Shown here in pieces: positions 26,209 to 28,365 of a DNA stretch of 28,365 nucleotides; position 1 is the stretch's first letter, and every line of letters starts with the position of its first letter. The position numbers were made by a program, and so were the translations under genes. A model generated the notes under the pieces. The model was not told the origin of the DNA, ran no database searches, and worked only from the letters and a program-made list of their open reading frames with translations. Origin of the DNA: Promethearchaeota archaeon (GTDB taxonomy: Archaea; Asgardarchaeota; Lokiarchaeia; Sigyniarchaeales; SOKP01). The stretch spans positions 1 through 28,365 of the forward strand of contig JAFGOA010000010.1 in the NCBI GenBank assembly GCA_016926735.1, given 5' to 3'.

Positions 26209-27714
26209 TTAGGTATCTATTTTATTTAAATAATTTTTCTCTTGAGTATAATTTGGTTTAAAAAATTCTTTCCATGTGGGATAAAGTATTTTTCCAATAT
26301 TTTTATACCATTTCAAATCTCTTCTAATGATCCTTGGATGATTTGTATAATTAATTAAATTTTCATATGTACGAGCCATATTTATTAAAATACTACCTTT
26401 CTCCTGTTCTATGAATCTATAAATATTATAAAGTAAAGGAAGCATATCCTCAAAACCTGGTTTAAAATGAGGATGTAAAAAAGATTGAAATCCATGTATA
26501 TGATAAAAATCCGGTGGTAATGATAATAATCTTTTTTTAGATTTTAATTCATTCCATGTTGTTGTTTGAGGGAGTGGATGCAGATTTAATACAGAATATA
26601 GATCTGCATCAACATCCATCAATTTATTTATATCAGTCCAAATAGTATCTTTTTTATCAAAATCAAAACCAATAATATATGTAGCATAAGTACTTATTCC
26701 ATGATCAAATAATCTCTTTATTAATTCTTTAATATTAATATCTCTATTTTTAATATAATTTTTATTAAAACTTTCAATCCCAACATTTACAAAACCAATT
26801 CTTGCAGCAGAATTTGAAATTCTGTCTAAATCTAACTTGTTGAGAATAATTGATGGAGAAGCTACAAAAAAAGAAAAATCCCCATCATCATTTTTAAATA
26901 GATCAAATAATTCATACCACCATTTAAAATGAAAAACTGAAGTAGGTTCTGCCCAAAATACCTGTAGATTCTTGCTAGATGTTTTATCTCGATATTTTAT
27001 CAGAGCATTATGGACTTCGGAAGGATTAAATATATCACCACTGTAATATCCTTCAAATAATTTATTTGTTACACAAAAATCACATTTAAAAGGACATCCA
27101 ATTCGAGTTATTATTTTACATTGTTCTGAACTAATTTCTTTATCTTTAAACTTATAAGTTATTTTATCTGGAATAATTGTAATTTTATATGGATTATTTA
27201 GATCTTCTCCTAATAGACTTCTTAAAAAAGGCACTCCATTTCCAATACAAACATGATCCACATATTTATTAGTATCTTCTTCTAAAGCTCCTGGTCCCCC
27301 AGCAATTGTTTCTATTGAAGAATCAAAGTCTTTAACAGCTTTAGCATAATTTATAAAATTTGAAAAATCATTTGAAATTATGGAAAATCCTACATGGGTA
27401 TATTCATCTTGTTCTAATTCTTTTATAAGGCTATCAAGGTTAATTGGTTCATCGATAACTTTTGAAGGAGTAATAATATGATCTTTAAGATAATGACCTG
27501 GTACATTAATATTTTTATTCATAAACATGAAACTAACATTATTTGGCCAATCTCCTAAGTCAAAATATTCTTTTTTTATCCATTCAGAGATATTTGGGTA
27601 TTTATTTAAAAGATGGTCTCGATATTTTAAAGGAGATCTGTATAAATAATCTGATTTTAATGATCCTGTATCATAACATTGGGTGAATAGGATTTTCTTA
27701 TGATATTTAGACAT
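26209..27714 (-). CDS. B12-binding radical SAM protein
   Basis: HVGFS, TIAGGPG, CIGNGV, RIGCPFKCDFC (CxxxCxxC), VGIES, YIIGFDFD, PLPQT. Confidence 0.9.
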   Translation of the reverse strand: MSKYHKKILFTQCYDTGSLKSDYLYRSPLKYRDHLLNKYPNISEWIKKEYFDLGDWPNNVSFMFMNKNINVPGHYLKDHIITPSKVIDEPINLDSLIKELEQDEYTHVGFSIISNDFSNFINYAKAVKDFDSSIETIAGGPGALEEDTNKYVDHVCIGNGVPFLRSLLGEDLNNPYKITIIPDKITYKFKDKEISSEQCKIITRIGCPFKCDFCVTNKLFEGYYSGDIFNPSEVHNALIKYRDKTSSKNLQVFWAEPTSVFHFKWWYELFDLFKNDDGDFSFFVASPSIILNKLDLDRISNSAARIGFVNVGIESFNKNYIKNRDINIKELIKRLFDHGISTYATYIIGFDFDKKDTIWTDINKLMDVDADLYSVLNLHPLPQTTTWNELKSKKRLLSLPPDFYHIHGFQSFLHPHFKPGFEDMLPLLYNIYRFIEQEKGSILINMARTYENLINYTNHPRIIRRDLKWYKNIGKILYPTWKEFFKPNYTQEKNYLNKIDT

Positions 27715-27792
27715 GATTATAAAAAATTAAGTTTATAATTTTTGCTATTAACTATAATGCAAAATTAATAAATTACAGAGTTATAAAATTAA

Positions 27793-28266
27793 TCATTTAG
27801 CTAATACTTTTGAATTGAACATATTTTCAATACATTTAATATAATAATTAAATTGATTGACTTCACAGAAATTTTTTCCTGTATTCTCATCAATAAATCT
27901 ATTCAGGAGAATTTTGAGAATAGGATTTATTTTTTTCTTTATTATTTTATCTGTGTTCATTGTATTTATTTTATTTAATACAGCATAAGCAATAATTATT
28001 TCTTTTTCTTCTAATTCAATTGTTTTAATAAAATCTCTACTAAAAACAAAAATATATCTATTACCTTCAATATATTCGATAGGGGACATTGCTTCGTCTA
28101 TACAATGTAAAAGCCCAGTAAAAACTCCACTTCTTAATATAAATTGTAGATCTTCTTCATGATTTTCATAAAATTTTTTTGATACTATAGGAACTCCTCT
28201 TAATAAAATACCTGATTCATGAATTATTAAACCTTGTAAATTATTTTTATTTTTTTTTGCTTTCAA
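27793..28266 (-). CDS. Longin-like small protein
   Basis: IHESGILLRGVPIV...Y......LRSG.FT.L......SPIEYIE...Y.FVF pattern fits a longin-type alpha/beta fold; TTG start. Confidence 0.55.
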   Translation of the reverse strand: MKAKKNKNNLQGLIIHESGILLRGVPIVSKKFYENHEEDLQFILRSGVFTGLLHCIDEAMSPIEYIEGNRYIFVFSRDFIKTIELEEKEIIIAYAVLNKINTMNTDKIIKKKINPILKILLNRFIDENTGKNFCEVNQFNYYIKCIENMFNSKVLAK

Positions 28267-28365
28267 TTTATGTACTCAATTTTAAATGAATAAAAATATT
28301 CTTATGCATTGATTATAATATGAGACTTTATTATATTTATAGATTTTTAAAAAAAAAAAAAAAAG

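Overview
Very AT-rich window whose gene content points to an Asgard archaeon, probably Lokiarchaeia/Promethearchaeota. This is inferred from roadblock/longin-Rab-like GTPase fusions, an aSelBL-type factor, stand-alone 7TM proteins and a CPxC..CxHxF zinc protein. Bases 1-10060 look accessory. They hold an IS1-type transposase remnant fused to a start-less TPR gene, small regulator/membrane modules and a methyltransferase. They also hold a degenerate IS200/IS605-ended element carrying an unannotated 39-aa Arg/Gly-rich peptide gene, and a membrane-anchored double-wHTH regulator next to a secreted lipase-like hydrolase. The regulator and hydrolase share a homologous extracellular domain and are separated by a 36-bp direct repeat; this is the best candidate for a new system. 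A dispersed ~37-bp TCATGA-triplet element punctuates these modules. Bases 10096-28266 hold two paralogous roadblock-Rab-pseudoGTPase genes, a 2TM/PadR pair with three putative operators, an amino-acid racemase, PAP2, a nitroreductase, a GNAT/ceramide-synthase-like GNAT/B12-radical-SAM cluster, a second B12-radical SAM and a longin-like gene. No rRNA, tRNA or true CRISPR array was seen. All family calls come from motif recognition by eye, not database searches.
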